NCBI GenBank assembly: GCA_951813565.1
Contig: OX638351.1
Coordinates: 2,368,001 to 2,432,000 of the forward strand
DNA from: an uncultured Poribacteria bacterium
Lineage (GTDB): Bacteria; Poribacteria; WGA-4E; WGA-3G
Direction of reading: 5' to 3'
DNA length: 64,000 bases
The position numbers and the translations under genes were made by a program. A model generated the notes under the pieces. It searched no databases and was not told where the DNA came from. It worked only from the letters and a program-made list of their open reading frames with translations. Below, in pieces: positions 38,258 to 48,910 of the stretch. How positions within the stretch are numbered: position 1 is the first letter of the stretch; every line of letters starts with the position of its first letter.

Positions 38258-39277
38258 ATGCAAACACCACGACACATTGACCAAATGGATGCCGATGACG
38301 TTGCTGCAATTGACGAACTACGCGACGTCTACGACCAACTAAAGAAAGCACTTGCCAAGATCATCATTGGTCAGGAGCAAGTCATTGAAAATTTATCGAT
38401 TTGTCTGTTTTCACAAGGGCACGCGCTATTGATGGGCGTCCCTGGCTTGGCAAAAACGCTTTTGGTGAGCCGGTTCGCTGAAACCATGGCGTTGTCGTTT
38501 AGCCGAATCCAATTCACACCCGATCTTATGCCGATGGACATCACCGGAACAGATATTCTTCAAGAAATACCGGGGGGTAGACGTGAGTTTGAGTTTGTAA
38601 AAGGCCCGCTGTTTGCCAACCTCATCCTCGCGGACGAGATTAACCGTGCCCCTTCAAAAACACAAGCAGCAATGCTTGAGGCAATGCAGGAATACAAGAT
38701 CACGGTAATCGGCAGGACCTACCAGTTAGCACCACCGTTCTTTGTATTAGCAACGCAAAACCCGATTGAGCAGGAAGGGACATATCCCTTACCAGAAGCA
38801 CAATTAGACCGATTCATGTTCAGAATTGAGGTAGACTATCCTGAGCGATCTGAAGAAATCGAAATCGCCCGAACGACAACTGGCATGTCCCTTCCAACGT
38901 TAGAACACGTTTTGACGGGTGATCGTGTCATAGCATTCCAAAACCTTGTTCGGCGCGTTCCAGTATCTGAACACATCTATGAATTCGCTGTTGACTTAGC
39001 ACGCAGCACACGACCGAAAGGCGACGCAGCACCTGATTGGCTTAAACCCCTTGTCGCTTGGGGTGCTGGCCCACGGGCTGTCCAATACTTAATTCTCGGT
39101 GCTAAGGCACGCGCTGCACTCAGCGGTAGTTATATGGCTCGACTTGAAGATGTGGTCGCTGTAGCAAACCCTGTCCTTGCGCACCGTGTCATCACATCGT
39201 TTGCTGCTGAGTCTGAAAACATTACCAGTCAAGATATCGTTGAACGTCTCGTAGGAGAACTCTCCGAACAAGGGTAA
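38258..39277 (+). CDS. moxR: MoxR-family AAA+ ATPase
   Basis: GVPGLAKT, RIQFTPDLMP.DITG, LADEINRA, ATQNPIEQEGTYPLPEAQLDRF. Confidence 0.96.
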   Translation: MQTPRHIDQMDADDVAAIDELRDVYDQLKKALAKIIIGQEQVIENLSICLFSQGHALLMGVPGLAKTLLVSRFAETMALSFSRIQFTPDLMPMDITGTDILQEIPGGRREFEFVKGPLFANLILADEINRAPSKTQAAMLEAMQEYKITVIGRTYQLAPPFFVLATQNPIEQEGTYPLPEAQLDRFMFRIEVDYPERSEEIEIARTTTGMSLPTLEHVLTGDRVIAFQNLVRRVPVSEHIYEFAVDLARSTRPKGDAAPDWLKPLVAWGAGPRAVQYLILGAKARAALSGSYMARLEDVVAVANPVLAHRVITSFAAESENITSQDIVERLVGELSEQG

Positions 39278-39280
39278 AAT

Positions 39281-40186
39281 ATGGCACTGCAACTCAGACG
39301 AGATTATCTCAACCAGAAGGTTCTGGAACGGCTTTCAACGCTACAACTACATGCCCGGTTACCAATGATAGGAAGCGTATCCGGCAAACATCGCAGCCCG
39401 ATTCGCGGGTCAAGCCTTGAGTTCGCGGAGTATCGTAAGTATGTGCCGGGTGATGATACACGGCGGCTTGATTGGCGTGCTTATGCCCGAAATGACCGCT
39501 ATTATATCAAAGAATTTGAGGCAGATACGAACTTACGTATGTGCTTAATCGTTGATACCAGTGGCTCAATGGGATTCGCTTACAACGGGATGAGCAAACT
39601 TGACTATGCGCGCCGAATCGGTGGCACTTTAGCCTATATCGCAGCGCTTCAAGGTGATGCTGTCGGGCTCTACTGTGCAGGCACAAGGTTTCACAAAGAG
39701 ATTCCACCGAAGCGGAGCGCAACACACCTTAGTGCTGTCCTTGATGAACTCGGAGCAGTAGAACCATCAGGTGAAACAGGATTGGCAGACGTTCTTCACG
39801 AAACTGCTGAACGTGTCCCGCAGAGAGCACTAATTATTATCATTTCAGATCTGTTTATTGACCCAGAAGTAGCGCGGAACTGTTTTGAACATTTACGATT
39901 CCGTAAACACGATGTCGCTGTGTTCCATCTTATGGAGCAGAATGAATTGGATTTTGAATTTGATCGTCCAATGCGCTTTGTTGATATGGAGGGTGGTGAA
40001 CCCATATTAGCAGACCCAATCATTATTGGTGAGCAGTACCGCCGTGCCTTGGAAGTATATCTTGAAAGCATGAATGAAGTTATACAAGACACCGAAATTG
40101 ACTATCATCGTGTACAAATTCAGGAAGACTATGGCGACGTATTGGCAAAGTTCTTATTAGGGCGCACACCTAAAAAACGTGCGTGA
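39281..40186 (+). CDS. DUF58 (vWA-like) protein
   Basis: G.HRS...GSSLEFAEYRKYVPGDD.RRLDW, DTSGSM, IISD. Confidence 0.94.
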   Translation: MALQLRRDYLNQKVLERLSTLQLHARLPMIGSVSGKHRSPIRGSSLEFAEYRKYVPGDDTRRLDWRAYARNDRYYIKEFEADTNLRMCLIVDTSGSMGFAYNGMSKLDYARRIGGTLAYIAALQGDAVGLYCAGTRFHKEIPPKRSATHLSAVLDELGAVEPSGETGLADVLHETAERVPQRALIIIISDLFIDPEVARNCFEHLRFRKHDVAVFHLMEQNELDFEFDRPMRFVDMEGGEPILADPIIIGEQYRRALEVYLESMNEVIQDTEIDYHRVQIQEDYGDVLAKFLLGRTPKKRA

Positions 40187-40245
40187 GACTTTTGGCTATC
40201 AGCAATTGACAAAATATAATGTGCGTATGGACTAAAAATCCAAAG

Positions 40246-40270
40246 AGGCGCAATGAATTGCGCGACTACA
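40246..40270 (-). repeat. REP hairpin
   Basis: Minus strand TGTAGTCGCGCAATTCATTGCGCC. Confidence 0.6.
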
Positions 40271-40404
40271 AACGCCGTAAATCTAAAGAAAAACGTTCAC
40301 TTATTTATATGCGTCACTATTATGCAACCATTAAAGTAAATGCTAACCGCTTTACTGAAAAAATGAGAACCAATGGCTGATTGCCGACAGCCAAAAAACC
40401 AACT

Positions 40405-42420
40405 ATGAATTTTCTACAACCTTTAGCATTAATAGCACTTCCTTTGATGTTGCTACCAGTCATTATTCACCTGATTAATCAGCAGCGCCACCGCACCGTG
40501 CCCTGGGCAGCGATGATGTTCCTAATGACAGCAAAACGCATGAGCAAAGGTATGGCACGTCTGCGTCATATTCTTATACTGCTAATGCGTACCCTTGCTA
40601 TCGCAGCGCTGATTTTCGCTATCAGTCGACCACTCTCTGGTGGATGGTTAGGAAGCATCGGATTGGCGAAACCTGATGTCACGATGGTTCTGCTTGACCG
40701 GTCTGCAAGCATGGAAACACAAAATCTGCAGGCTGGCGAGTCAAAAAGGTCCACAGCACTAAAAAGACTTGCACAGTTGCTGGAGCAAGGCGATTATGGG
40801 GCTCACCTGATTCTGATTGATAGTGCCACTGGACAATTACAGGAAATAGATTCACCGAAGGCATTATTGAGCCTACCCATGACTGAAGCGAGTGCTACAA
40901 GTGCGAATATTCCGGGCATGTTTGAATCTGCTTTAACCTATCTCAAAGCAAACAATTCGGGACGTGCAGACGTGTGGCTTTGCTCTGATCTCTACGAGAA
41001 CGATTGGGCTGTTGCCAGCGGACGTTGGGATGCAATCCGAGAAGAATTTGCGCAGTTAGAAGGTGTGCACCATTTCTTGCTTGCATATTCAGCGCCACCT
41101 TCAAATAACTTATCGGTGAGGGTGAAAAACGTACAACGGTGGCAACGAGGCAACGAAGCGGAACTCATTCTTGATGTATTGGTTAGAAATGAAGGCAGCG
41201 ATATAGGAACACGAGAAGTCCCGATTGAGTTTGAAGTCAACAACGTTCGCTCTGTGGTTGAAGTTGAACTTGACGCACGCGGCGCATCTTTGCAGGGACA
41301 TCGCATTCCTATTGATGGCACGCTCACTTCAGGATGGGGGTCTGTCGGGTTGCCGGGTGATGCTAATCCGTTGGACAATCGATTTTTCTTTGTGTTTTCA
41401 GAACCACCGGTGCGGAGGTCAGTTATCGTTAGTGATGATGCGAAAATTGGCGAAGCGTTTCGTCGTGCGCTCGCTATCCCGCCAGATGCCAGGCTTCAAC
41501 ATCAGGCGGATGTGATTCCCACGAGTCGCATTGGGGAGATTGATTGGGGAAGGATAGGGTTATTGGTTTGGCAAGCAGCTTTGCCGAATGGGTTGGTCGT
41601 GGAACAGATACAGAATTTTGTTAACAGTGGTCGTGTCGCTATCTTCTTTCCACCGAGTCAGAATGCTGGTGCCCAAATGTTCGACTCACGTTGGGACAAT
41701 TGGCAGACACCTGATGATGAACAAACTGCCCAGATTTCATGGTGGCGTGGTGATGCCGATCTGTTGGCGCATGTAGATAGCGGTAACCCCTTGCCTTTGA
41801 ATAAACTACGCACCTACCGGTATCGTGCTATTGAGAGCATGGGAACGCCGCTGGCAAGATTTGGTAGCGATGCGCCGCTGCTAACCCGTGTGAATACTGA
41901 CCGAGGCGCAGCGTATTTCTGTAGCACACTACCCACGGCACAATTCTCATCTCTTGAACGGGACGGCGTAGTGTTTTATGTGATGTTACAGCGTGCGTTA
42001 GCTGAAGGATGTCGCGCATTGACTGAAGCATCTCAACGCGATGCTGCGCCTGATGCACTTGCAGATCGTGGACAATGGGAGGCGGTTGCGCCTGAAGGAG
42101 ACGCAGTATCGCTTTCACAACGCGGATTACACGCTGGCGTCTATAGAGACGAGGCGTATTGGGTAGCTGTGAATCGCAGCCAAGCTGAAGATTCCGCTAA
42201 AGCAGCCCCTGAAGAAACTGTAGATGCGCTATTTAACGACTTATCTTATAGGCGAATAGACGTAGAAGTGGGAGACACCTCCTCTTTAGCCAATGAACTC
42301 TGGCGTATCTTCCTGATTGCGATGGCGATAGCACTTATTGTGGAAGCGGTGCTAAGTTTACCGAGTAAGAAAGCGGAAAGTAGTCCAGTTGGAGATTTTG
42401 CAACAGCAGAGAGAGACTGA
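40405..42420 (+). CDS. BatA-domain/vWA membrane protein
   Basis: MNFLQPLAL...PVIIHLIN...VPWAAMMFL; MIDAS motif DRSASM; C-terminal TM. Confidence 0.9.
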   Translation: MNFLQPLALIALPLMLLPVIIHLINQQRHRTVPWAAMMFLMTAKRMSKGMARLRHILILLMRTLAIAALIFAISRPLSGGWLGSIGLAKPDVTMVLLDRSASMETQNLQAGESKRSTALKRLAQLLEQGDYGAHLILIDSATGQLQEIDSPKALLSLPMTEASATSANIPGMFESALTYLKANNSGRADVWLCSDLYENDWAVASGRWDAIREEFAQLEGVHHFLLAYSAPPSNNLSVRVKNVQRWQRGNEAELILDVLVRNEGSDIGTREVPIEFEVNNVRSVVEVELDARGASLQGHRIPIDGTLTSGWGSVGLPGDANPLDNRFFFVFSEPPVRRSVIVSDDAKIGEAFRRALAIPPDARLQHQADVIPTSRIGEIDWGRIGLLVWQAALPNGLVVEQIQNFVNSGRVAIFFPPSQNAGAQMFDSRWDNWQTPDDEQTAQISWWRGDADLLAHVDSGNPLPLNKLRTYRYRAIESMGTPLARFGSDAPLLTRVNTDRGAAYFCSTLPTAQFSSLERDGVVFYVMLQRALAEGCRALTEASQRDAAPDALADRGQWEAVAPEGDAVSLSQRGLHAGVYRDEAYWVAVNRSQAEDSAKAAPEETVDALFNDLSYRRIDVEVGDTSSLANELWRIFLIAMAIALIVEAVLSLPSKKAESSPVGDFATAERD

Positions 42421-42441
42421 GGTATAATTTTGAATATGTCT

Positions 42442-42467
42442 TGTAGGAGTGCCCTCCAGGTCGCGAC
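42442..42467 (+). repeat. REP hairpin (GTAGGAG family)
   Basis: TGTAGGAGTGCCCTCCAGGTCGCGAC, similar to copies at 61923, 63917 and 31528. Confidence 0.6.
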
Positions 42468-42517
42468 CCTAATACATCATAATATTCAAACAGTGTTTAT
42501 TTCTTAAGGAGCATCAA

Positions 42518-45500
42518 ATGAATATTGATACAATTTTTACCGTAAAAAATGAACATCTTAGTCAATTTGATCAAAAAACATCAGTTGAGTTCTTTCAGCA
42601 GCTGCTTTGGGCAGAAGCACGAAGACTTGGAGTGGAAATTAGCAAGATTACTGTTTCTAGTTGGGTTAATAATCCTGACGGTGGCGTTGATGCTAATGTT
42701 GATGACGCTCAAATTAAAGGGGGACAAGGTTTAATTAGGCAGGGAAAAACAAGCTATCAGATTAAAGCTGGAGAAACGTTTAAACCGTGGCAAAAGTCAG
42801 TTATCAAGAAGGAACTTTTTGGCACGAAAACACCAAATAGGCAGAATCTTGGAGAGAGTATTCGAAAGTGCCTTGATGGTGATGGAGTCTACATTTTGGT
42901 ATGCACTGGAATTGATCCTACTGAATTCAATCGAGGAAAAATCATCCCGAACATCAAGGATTACCTAAAGCAGTGTGGTTATTCAAATCCCAAAGTAGAG
43001 GTGTTTACTCAGAATACTCTCAGAGGATTCCTTGAGGTGTTCCCATCATTAGCATTGTGGGTCAATGGGAATGATCGAGGATTTTTCCAAACCCATCAGA
43101 GTTGGTCTGAAGATGCGACTATGCGAGTTCCATTTTTCCCCGGCCAATCACAGAATAAATTAATTACTGAAATCCAAAAAGAATTGCGGGAAAAGCATAA
43201 CACAGTTCACGTGCGAGTGTTGGGGGAACCCGGTATTGGTAAAACGAAGCTCGTTTTAGAAGCAACGAAGGTTGATGATTTATCTCCACTTGTTGTTTAC
43301 TGTACTGCCTCTCAATTCTTAGATAGTGTTTTACTGAATGAAATTCTCCGAGACGATAACTCTTTCTCAGTTCTGCTAATAATAGATGAATGTAATCCCG
43401 ACAATAGATCATATTTCTGGAATAAACTGAAACATCGTGGTTCAAGGATTAAATTGATCACTATCTATAATGACTATGAGGAAAAATCTGGAGATATTAA
43501 CTACTATGATGCCCCACCGCTGGATAATGAACAGATTTGTAGCATTGTTCAGAGTTATACTAATATATCCAATGCTGATGCTAATAGATGGGCTGGACTC
43601 TGTAGCGGCTTACCAGAGGTTGCGCACATGATCGGTACGAATTTGAATTCTCATCAAGAAAATCTACTTGCTCCCCTGAGCACAGTCAATTTCTGGGAAC
43701 GATGTATTTTCGGAGGCGAGGACCCAACAATACCAGATGTAGCGGACCGTTGGCCGGTACTTCGTTATTTAGCACTCTTTAAACAATTTGGCTTTAAAGG
43801 TAATGTTTCCGAAGAATTCAGTGCAATTGCAGAAATTGTGGAGAATGCTTTCCCGTCGATTACTCAACAAAGATTCAAAAAAGTTGTTTTAGACCTGAAA
43901 AAACGTGGTACCCTAAAAGGTGACTATACACTCCGCATTACTCCAAAAGTCCTACATATCAAGTTATGGTTAGAGTGGTGGGAAAATTACTATGCTGAAG
44001 ATTCTGATCTTGTGGAGTTAACACGAGGCTTTACACCAAACTTGTTCGATTGGTTCTGTGAGATGTTTAAATATGCCGCTGAGTCGGAAGAAGCATCAAG
44101 GATTGTCAAGCAGCTCCTTGGACCACATGGGCCATTTCAATCAGACACTTCGTTGAGAAATCTTAATAACAAATTCTTTTTAGCACTAACTGAAGCAGAT
44201 CCAGAATCTGCTTTAAAGTGCTTAGTGCGAACAATCGGTACTTGGGATAAAGAAACTCTTTTAGAATTTACTAATGGTCGGAGATCGGTGATATGGGCTC
44301 TTGAAAAAATTGCTATATGGCGAAAATTGTTCCCTAATGCAGCAAGGTTGCTCCTTGCACTCGGTGAAGCAGAAAATGAAAGAACATCGAACAATGCAAG
44401 TGGAGTATTTGCTGAACTTTTCTCATTAGGACCAGGTGCGGTAGCTCCTACAGAAGCATCCCCAGTAGAACGTTTACTTGTCTTAAAGGAAGCATTTGAG
44501 TCTGAATCAAAAGAACGGCGAAGCTTGGCATTAAAAGCATGCGATAAAGGTTTAATATCCGGCCATTTCTCACGGATGTCAGGAGCAGAATATCAAGGAT
44601 TACGCAAGGAACCAAATTTTTGGTTTCCCAAAACACACGCTCAGTGGTCGAAAGCCTACCGTTCCGTATGGCAACTCTTGTTTGAGCAATTGGAACATTT
44701 ACCTGAAGATGAACGTAAACAGGCTGCGGGGATTCTGCTTGGTCATGCAGGATCACTTGCAAGAAAGCACAATTTAGGCAATATGGTTGTAAACACAGTC
44801 GAAACAATTAGTAAAAATGGATATGTAAACGAAAAACAGATTATTGAGACAATTAGCCGAATTTTGTTTCATGATGACTCCTATGTTGAAAACAAAGGAC
44901 TACCAAAGAAAATTAGACAGCGTTTTGAAAAACTTCAAGACGAATTGATTGGTTCCGACTTTTCTTCGTTAATGCAACGCTATGTTGGGATGGATATGGT
45001 TGAAGACCTTCTTATTGAAGACAGAGATAAAGTTGATAAAGTTAAACCCTACCTTGAATCACTAGCGAAGCAATCTGTAGATAATCCTGCACTTTTGAAA
45101 TCGGAATTATCATGGCTTGTGACTACCGAAGCAAAGAATGGAAACAAGTTTGGGTATGAACTTGGACAGAGAGATAAATCGCTTTCACTTCTACCAATGC
45201 TTCTTGATGCCCAACGAAACACAAAGGATAATATCAGCACTTATTTTTTGGGTGGTTATTTCCATACGATCTTTGATACTGATTCAGCACTATGGGAGCA
45301 ACAACTTGACGTACTCTGTGAAGATATCACTCTTAACACAATAGTACCATCGCTTACGCACTATTCGGGTCTGACTGATCAAGCAGGACTTCGAATTCTC
45401 AACATGGCAAAAAACGATATTATTAATATCTACGATTTTGAATTATTCAAATACCAAAATGCAATTACCAGTCTATCCGAAAATATTTTTGAAGCTTGGA

Positions 45501-46336
45501 TAGAATTTTTATTGGATATTACCGACAGGTCAGCTGTACATATTGCATTGAAGTTATTCCACAGTTACTACATTTTTCGAAAACCAGAATCTACTTTACC
45601 AAATGAACTCACATTCCGCCTCCTTTCACATCCAGAATTATTTAAAGAATCCGATAATTATCAGTATGATACAATGACAGATTTTTATTGGACAGAAACA
45701 GCGAAAGGTTTTCTAAACCTCTATCCAAAAAAGGCTTTAGAACTAGTACAATGCATGCTGGTGCCCTTTGGTAGCGACAGAACAATCTTTGATTCTTTCT
45801 CACAAAGTTGCTCGTTTCTCACTGAAACAACTAAAAAATATCCCGCGGAGGTTTGGGAGTACGTTAGTGAATATTTGGACAGTCGTGATAATTTTTCGAG
45901 AACTATATCTTTAGCAAATTGGCTTAGAGAAGCAGATCTTTCGGAAACAGAAAAAGAAAAAGGAGCATTAACCTTAATTCCACGCGAAAAAATATGGGAA
46001 TGGGTTGATCAAGACGTGGAAAATCGCGCGTGGTATCTTGCCAGTGAATTTGTTCCAAAGACCCTTTTAATAGAAGACTGGTGTGGTTCGTTAGCCCGTG
46101 ATCTTCTTGTTAGGTATGGAGATCAAGAAGATGTTAGAAGCACATTGATATCAAATTATTCAACCGAAGGATTCTGGGGACCTGCTAGTTTATACTATGG
46201 AGAGAAACTACAAAAATTAGTTGACATCCAGAACAACGATAATGACGAAAAAGTCAATTATTGGATTAACGAATTTGTACCCTTTCTTGAAGAGCAAATT
46301 GAACATTCAAAGATACGCGAAGAAAGAATGTCTTAA
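42518..46336 (+). CDS. Putative nuclease-STAND NTPase (Avs/NLR-like) protein
   Basis: N-terminal PDGGVDA...YQIK; Walker A GEPGIGKT; Walker B LLIIDEC; GxP motif CSGLP; long helical C-terminus; visibly AT-richer than flanks. Confidence 0.75.
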   Translation: MNIDTIFTVKNEHLSQFDQKTSVEFFQQLLWAEARRLGVEISKITVSSWVNNPDGGVDANVDDAQIKGGQGLIRQGKTSYQIKAGETFKPWQKSVIKKELFGTKTPNRQNLGESIRKCLDGDGVYILVCTGIDPTEFNRGKIIPNIKDYLKQCGYSNPKVEVFTQNTLRGFLEVFPSLALWVNGNDRGFFQTHQSWSEDATMRVPFFPGQSQNKLITEIQKELREKHNTVHVRVLGEPGIGKTKLVLEATKVDDLSPLVVYCTASQFLDSVLLNEILRDDNSFSVLLIIDECNPDNRSYFWNKLKHRGSRIKLITIYNDYEEKSGDINYYDAPPLDNEQICSIVQSYTNISNADANRWAGLCSGLPEVAHMIGTNLNSHQENLLAPLSTVNFWERCIFGGEDPTIPDVADRWPVLRYLALFKQFGFKGNVSEEFSAIAEIVENAFPSITQQRFKKVVLDLKKRGTLKGDYTLRITPKVLHIKLWLEWWENYYAEDSDLVELTRGFTPNLFDWFCEMFKYAAESEEASRIVKQLLGPHGPFQSDTSLRNLNNKFFLALTEADPESALKCLVRTIGTWDKETLLEFTNGRRSVIWALEKIAIWRKLFPNAARLLLALGEAENERTSNNASGVFAELFSLGPGAVAPTEASPVERLLVLKEAFESESKERRSLALKACDKGLISGHFSRMSGAEYQGLRKEPNFWFPKTHAQWSKAYRSVWQLLFEQLEHLPEDERKQAAGILLGHAGSLARKHNLGNMVVNTVETISKNGYVNEKQIIETISRILFHDDSYVENKGLPKKIRQRFEKLQDELIGSDFSSLMQRYVGMDMVEDLLIEDRDKVDKVKPYLESLAKQSVDNPALLKSELSWLVTTEAKNGNKFGYELGQRDKSLSLLPMLLDAQRNTKDNISTYFLGGYFHTIFDTDSALWEQQLDVLCEDITLNTIVPSLTHYSGLTDQAGLRILNMAKNDIINIYDFELFKYQNAITSLSENIFEAWIEFLLDITDRSAVHIALKLFHSYYIFRKPESTLPNELTFRLLSHPELFKESDNYQYDTMTDFYWTETAKGFLNLYPKKALELVQCMLVPFGSDRTIFDSFSQSCSFLTETTKKYPAEVWEYVSEYLDSRDNFSRTISLANWLREADLSETEKEKGALTLIPREKIWEWVDQDVENRAWYLASEFVPKTLLIEDWCGSLARDLLVRYGDQEDVRSTLISNYSTEGFWGPASLYYGEKLQKLVDIQNNDNDEKVNYWINEFVPFLEEQIEHSKIREERMS

Positions 46337-46360
46337 CATACTCGGAGATACATAACAGAA

Positions 46361-48568
46361 ATGCAAGACCAGCAAGGACACCTTGAATTCTTCTCAAACG
46401 GTTCCATCATAATTTTGGGACTGATTATCGTTGCTGTAACCGGCGTCCTATGCTGGTTTGCATGGCACCGCAGCGGTTACCGTACACGTATCGGATGGCT
46501 TGAGTTGCTGCGTTTTGTGCTTGTTTGCCTTGTAATTGTCACGCTAAACCAACCTGAATGGTTAGAATCACAGCCGCCGGAACAACGTTCTACACTTGCT
46601 ATCCTGTGGGACAAATCTAATAGCATGCTAACACGGGATATAATTGACGATCAAGATGCTGCTGCCAAACGTAAAAACCGCGCTGAAACGATACAGCCAC
46701 TAATGTCCGAAGATGTTTGGAAATCTGAAGAAGATACTGAACTCAACGTAGTATTCGAGCCGTTCTCTTCACTGTTAGACCCCGCAGAAGAAGCAACAGA
46801 TATAAACGCAGGGCTATCGCATGTTTTGGACAATCATTCCAATCTTCGCGGCGTAGTGCTACTATCAGATGGTGATTGGAATATTGGGGACTCACCCGTA
46901 AAGGCTGCGACACGGTTCCACATGAAAGGAGTCCCTGTTTTCACCGTGGGAGTCGGCAGTGCAGTCCCATTGCCCGACCTTGAGTTAGTGAGTATAGATG
47001 CCCCAACCTATGGCGTAACAAAAAAGCAGCTGCGTATTCCGTTTGTCGTCCGAAACACCTTGGGGCAGGACAGAGACGTGCATCTAACGTTAAGCATTGA
47101 TGATGTGCCAACGACAACCAAAACTATCACTGTTTCCGCTATGGGGCAAGCACAAGATAATATGGCATGGACGCCACAAGAAACAGGTAATTACGACCTT
47201 ACCCTACGGATTGCGAAGGATATTCGAGAGTTGATTCCCGAAAATAATGAACTCTCTGCCCCCATATCTATACGGAAGGAGCAGTTGAAAGTACTTGTTA
47301 TTGAATCTTATCCGCGTTGGGAATATCGATACCTACGTAATGCCTTGGAACGCGATGCAGGTGTTGATGTAACATGCCTGCTTTTTCACCCTAAGTTGCC
47401 GCAGTCTGGCGGTGGACGCGGCTATATTAAACGTTTCCCCGATGCCAGAGAACTTAGCAAATTTGATGTGGTGTTTCTGGGAGATGTAGGTATAGCACCT
47501 GAACAGTTGACGGTCGAACAAGCACAGGATTTACGACAACTCGTCAGCGCACAAGCCGCTGGGATTGTCTTTCTACCGGGACGTTCCGGCGCACAAGATT
47601 CTTTGACCACTGGTCCGCTTGCTGACCTTTATCCTGTTGTCTTGGACCCCGCAACACCGAACGGTGTCGGTTCAAGTGTCCAAGGCTATTTCTCGCTCAC
47701 CGAACCCGGACAACGCAGCTTGCTAACCCGTCTCGGAGATACCGACCTTGACAACAGCGACGTGTGGCGCGCATTACCAGGTTTTTTCTGGTACGCTGGT
47801 GTCAAACGAGCCAAGGCAGGCACAGAAATCTTAGCAGTGCACGATCAGGTTGCTACAGTTTCTGGACGGGTGCCGCTCATCGTCACAAAAACGTATGGCA
47901 CTGGTAAAGTGCTGTTTATGGGAACAGACAGCGCATGGCGTTGGCGTCATGGTGTGGAAGACAGATACCATTACCGCTTCTGGAGTCAAGTTGCACGTTG
48001 GATGGCGTATCGACGCCAGATGGCGCAAGGCGAATCCATACGATTGTTCTACTCACCAGATAGACCACACGTTGATGATGTCCTAACGTTAAATGTTAAT
48101 GTGATGGACAACGTAGGCGGTCCGTTGGATAGAGGCACTGTTACTGTGCAAGCGATTGCGCCCTCAGGTAAAACGGAGACAATCCGACTTCAACCGGGCA
48201 TAGAAGATGCATTGGGGTTGTTCGTCGGGACGTTTGTGCCGAAAGAGTCAGGCAACTATCGCCTCGTTGCGACCAGTAGCGAAACGGGCGCATCAGTTCA
48301 AACAGATCTGTCAGTGCAAGGCTTGAATCGGGAGCAACAAGGGCGTCTCGCGCGTTTTGATGTCCTTGAGGAAATCGCGAAAATTACCAACGGAAAATTG
48401 GTGCCGATTGCTGAAGTGAGCACGTTGTTAGACCATCTGGCAGCCCTACCAGAGCCAGAACCGATTGTCAAACGAACGCGAATCTGGGCGCATCCGCTTT
48501 GGGGCGGATTGATTATCTTACTGCTTGGGTTATTCTGGGTTGCACGCAAAATGGCAGGTACGATATGA
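46361..48568 (+). CDS. Membrane protein with vWA and glutamine-amidotransferase-like domains (MoxR cluster)
   Basis: N-terminal TMs, DKSNSM, LLSDG, PRWEYRYLRNALERD, G.GKVLFMGTDSAWRWR. Confidence 0.85.
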   Translation: MQDQQGHLEFFSNGSIIILGLIIVAVTGVLCWFAWHRSGYRTRIGWLELLRFVLVCLVIVTLNQPEWLESQPPEQRSTLAILWDKSNSMLTRDIIDDQDAAAKRKNRAETIQPLMSEDVWKSEEDTELNVVFEPFSSLLDPAEEATDINAGLSHVLDNHSNLRGVVLLSDGDWNIGDSPVKAATRFHMKGVPVFTVGVGSAVPLPDLELVSIDAPTYGVTKKQLRIPFVVRNTLGQDRDVHLTLSIDDVPTTTKTITVSAMGQAQDNMAWTPQETGNYDLTLRIAKDIRELIPENNELSAPISIRKEQLKVLVIESYPRWEYRYLRNALERDAGVDVTCLLFHPKLPQSGGGRGYIKRFPDARELSKFDVVFLGDVGIAPEQLTVEQAQDLRQLVSAQAAGIVFLPGRSGAQDSLTTGPLADLYPVVLDPATPNGVGSSVQGYFSLTEPGQRSLLTRLGDTDLDNSDVWRALPGFFWYAGVKRAKAGTEILAVHDQVATVSGRVPLIVTKTYGTGKVLFMGTDSAWRWRHGVEDRYHYRFWSQVARWMAYRRQMAQGESIRLFYSPDRPHVDDVLTLNVNVMDNVGGPLDRGTVTVQAIAPSGKTETIRLQPGIEDALGLFVGTFVPKESGNYRLVATSSETGASVQTDLSVQGLNREQQGRLARFDVLEEIAKITNGKLVPIAEVSTLLDHLAALPEPEPIVKRTRIWAHPLWGGLIILLLGLFWVARKMAGTI

Positions 48569-48910
48569 TTTAGTATTCAAAAACATATATAACCAATTTA
48601 CAACTGCTTTCGGTAGTACGCTGTTAGAACGTTTTCTGTTTGTTCCTAATACCATACTAAAGTTTGGACAATTTTTCTAATTTTCGTAGTAAAGCAAAAT
48701 ACTTGAGGTGCCAAAATAGCCTATTTACAGAATTTGCTTGTCAATTAGAGGTCGCTATGCAGAAATTAGACATAAGAGAACTCTACTAAATTACGCACAT
48801 AGACAATCTTCCTTCTATTCCTGCGCGAGGGGCTTTCTCCACGAAAAAATTGAAGCAGAACAAATATATTTTCAGAAAAGATAATCTTTCAACCAACAGA
48901 GGTATTCATT

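Noticed and set aside
40217..40320. MITE around the REP at 40246
   Set aside because: The left inverted repeat is too degenerate and there is no clear target duplication.
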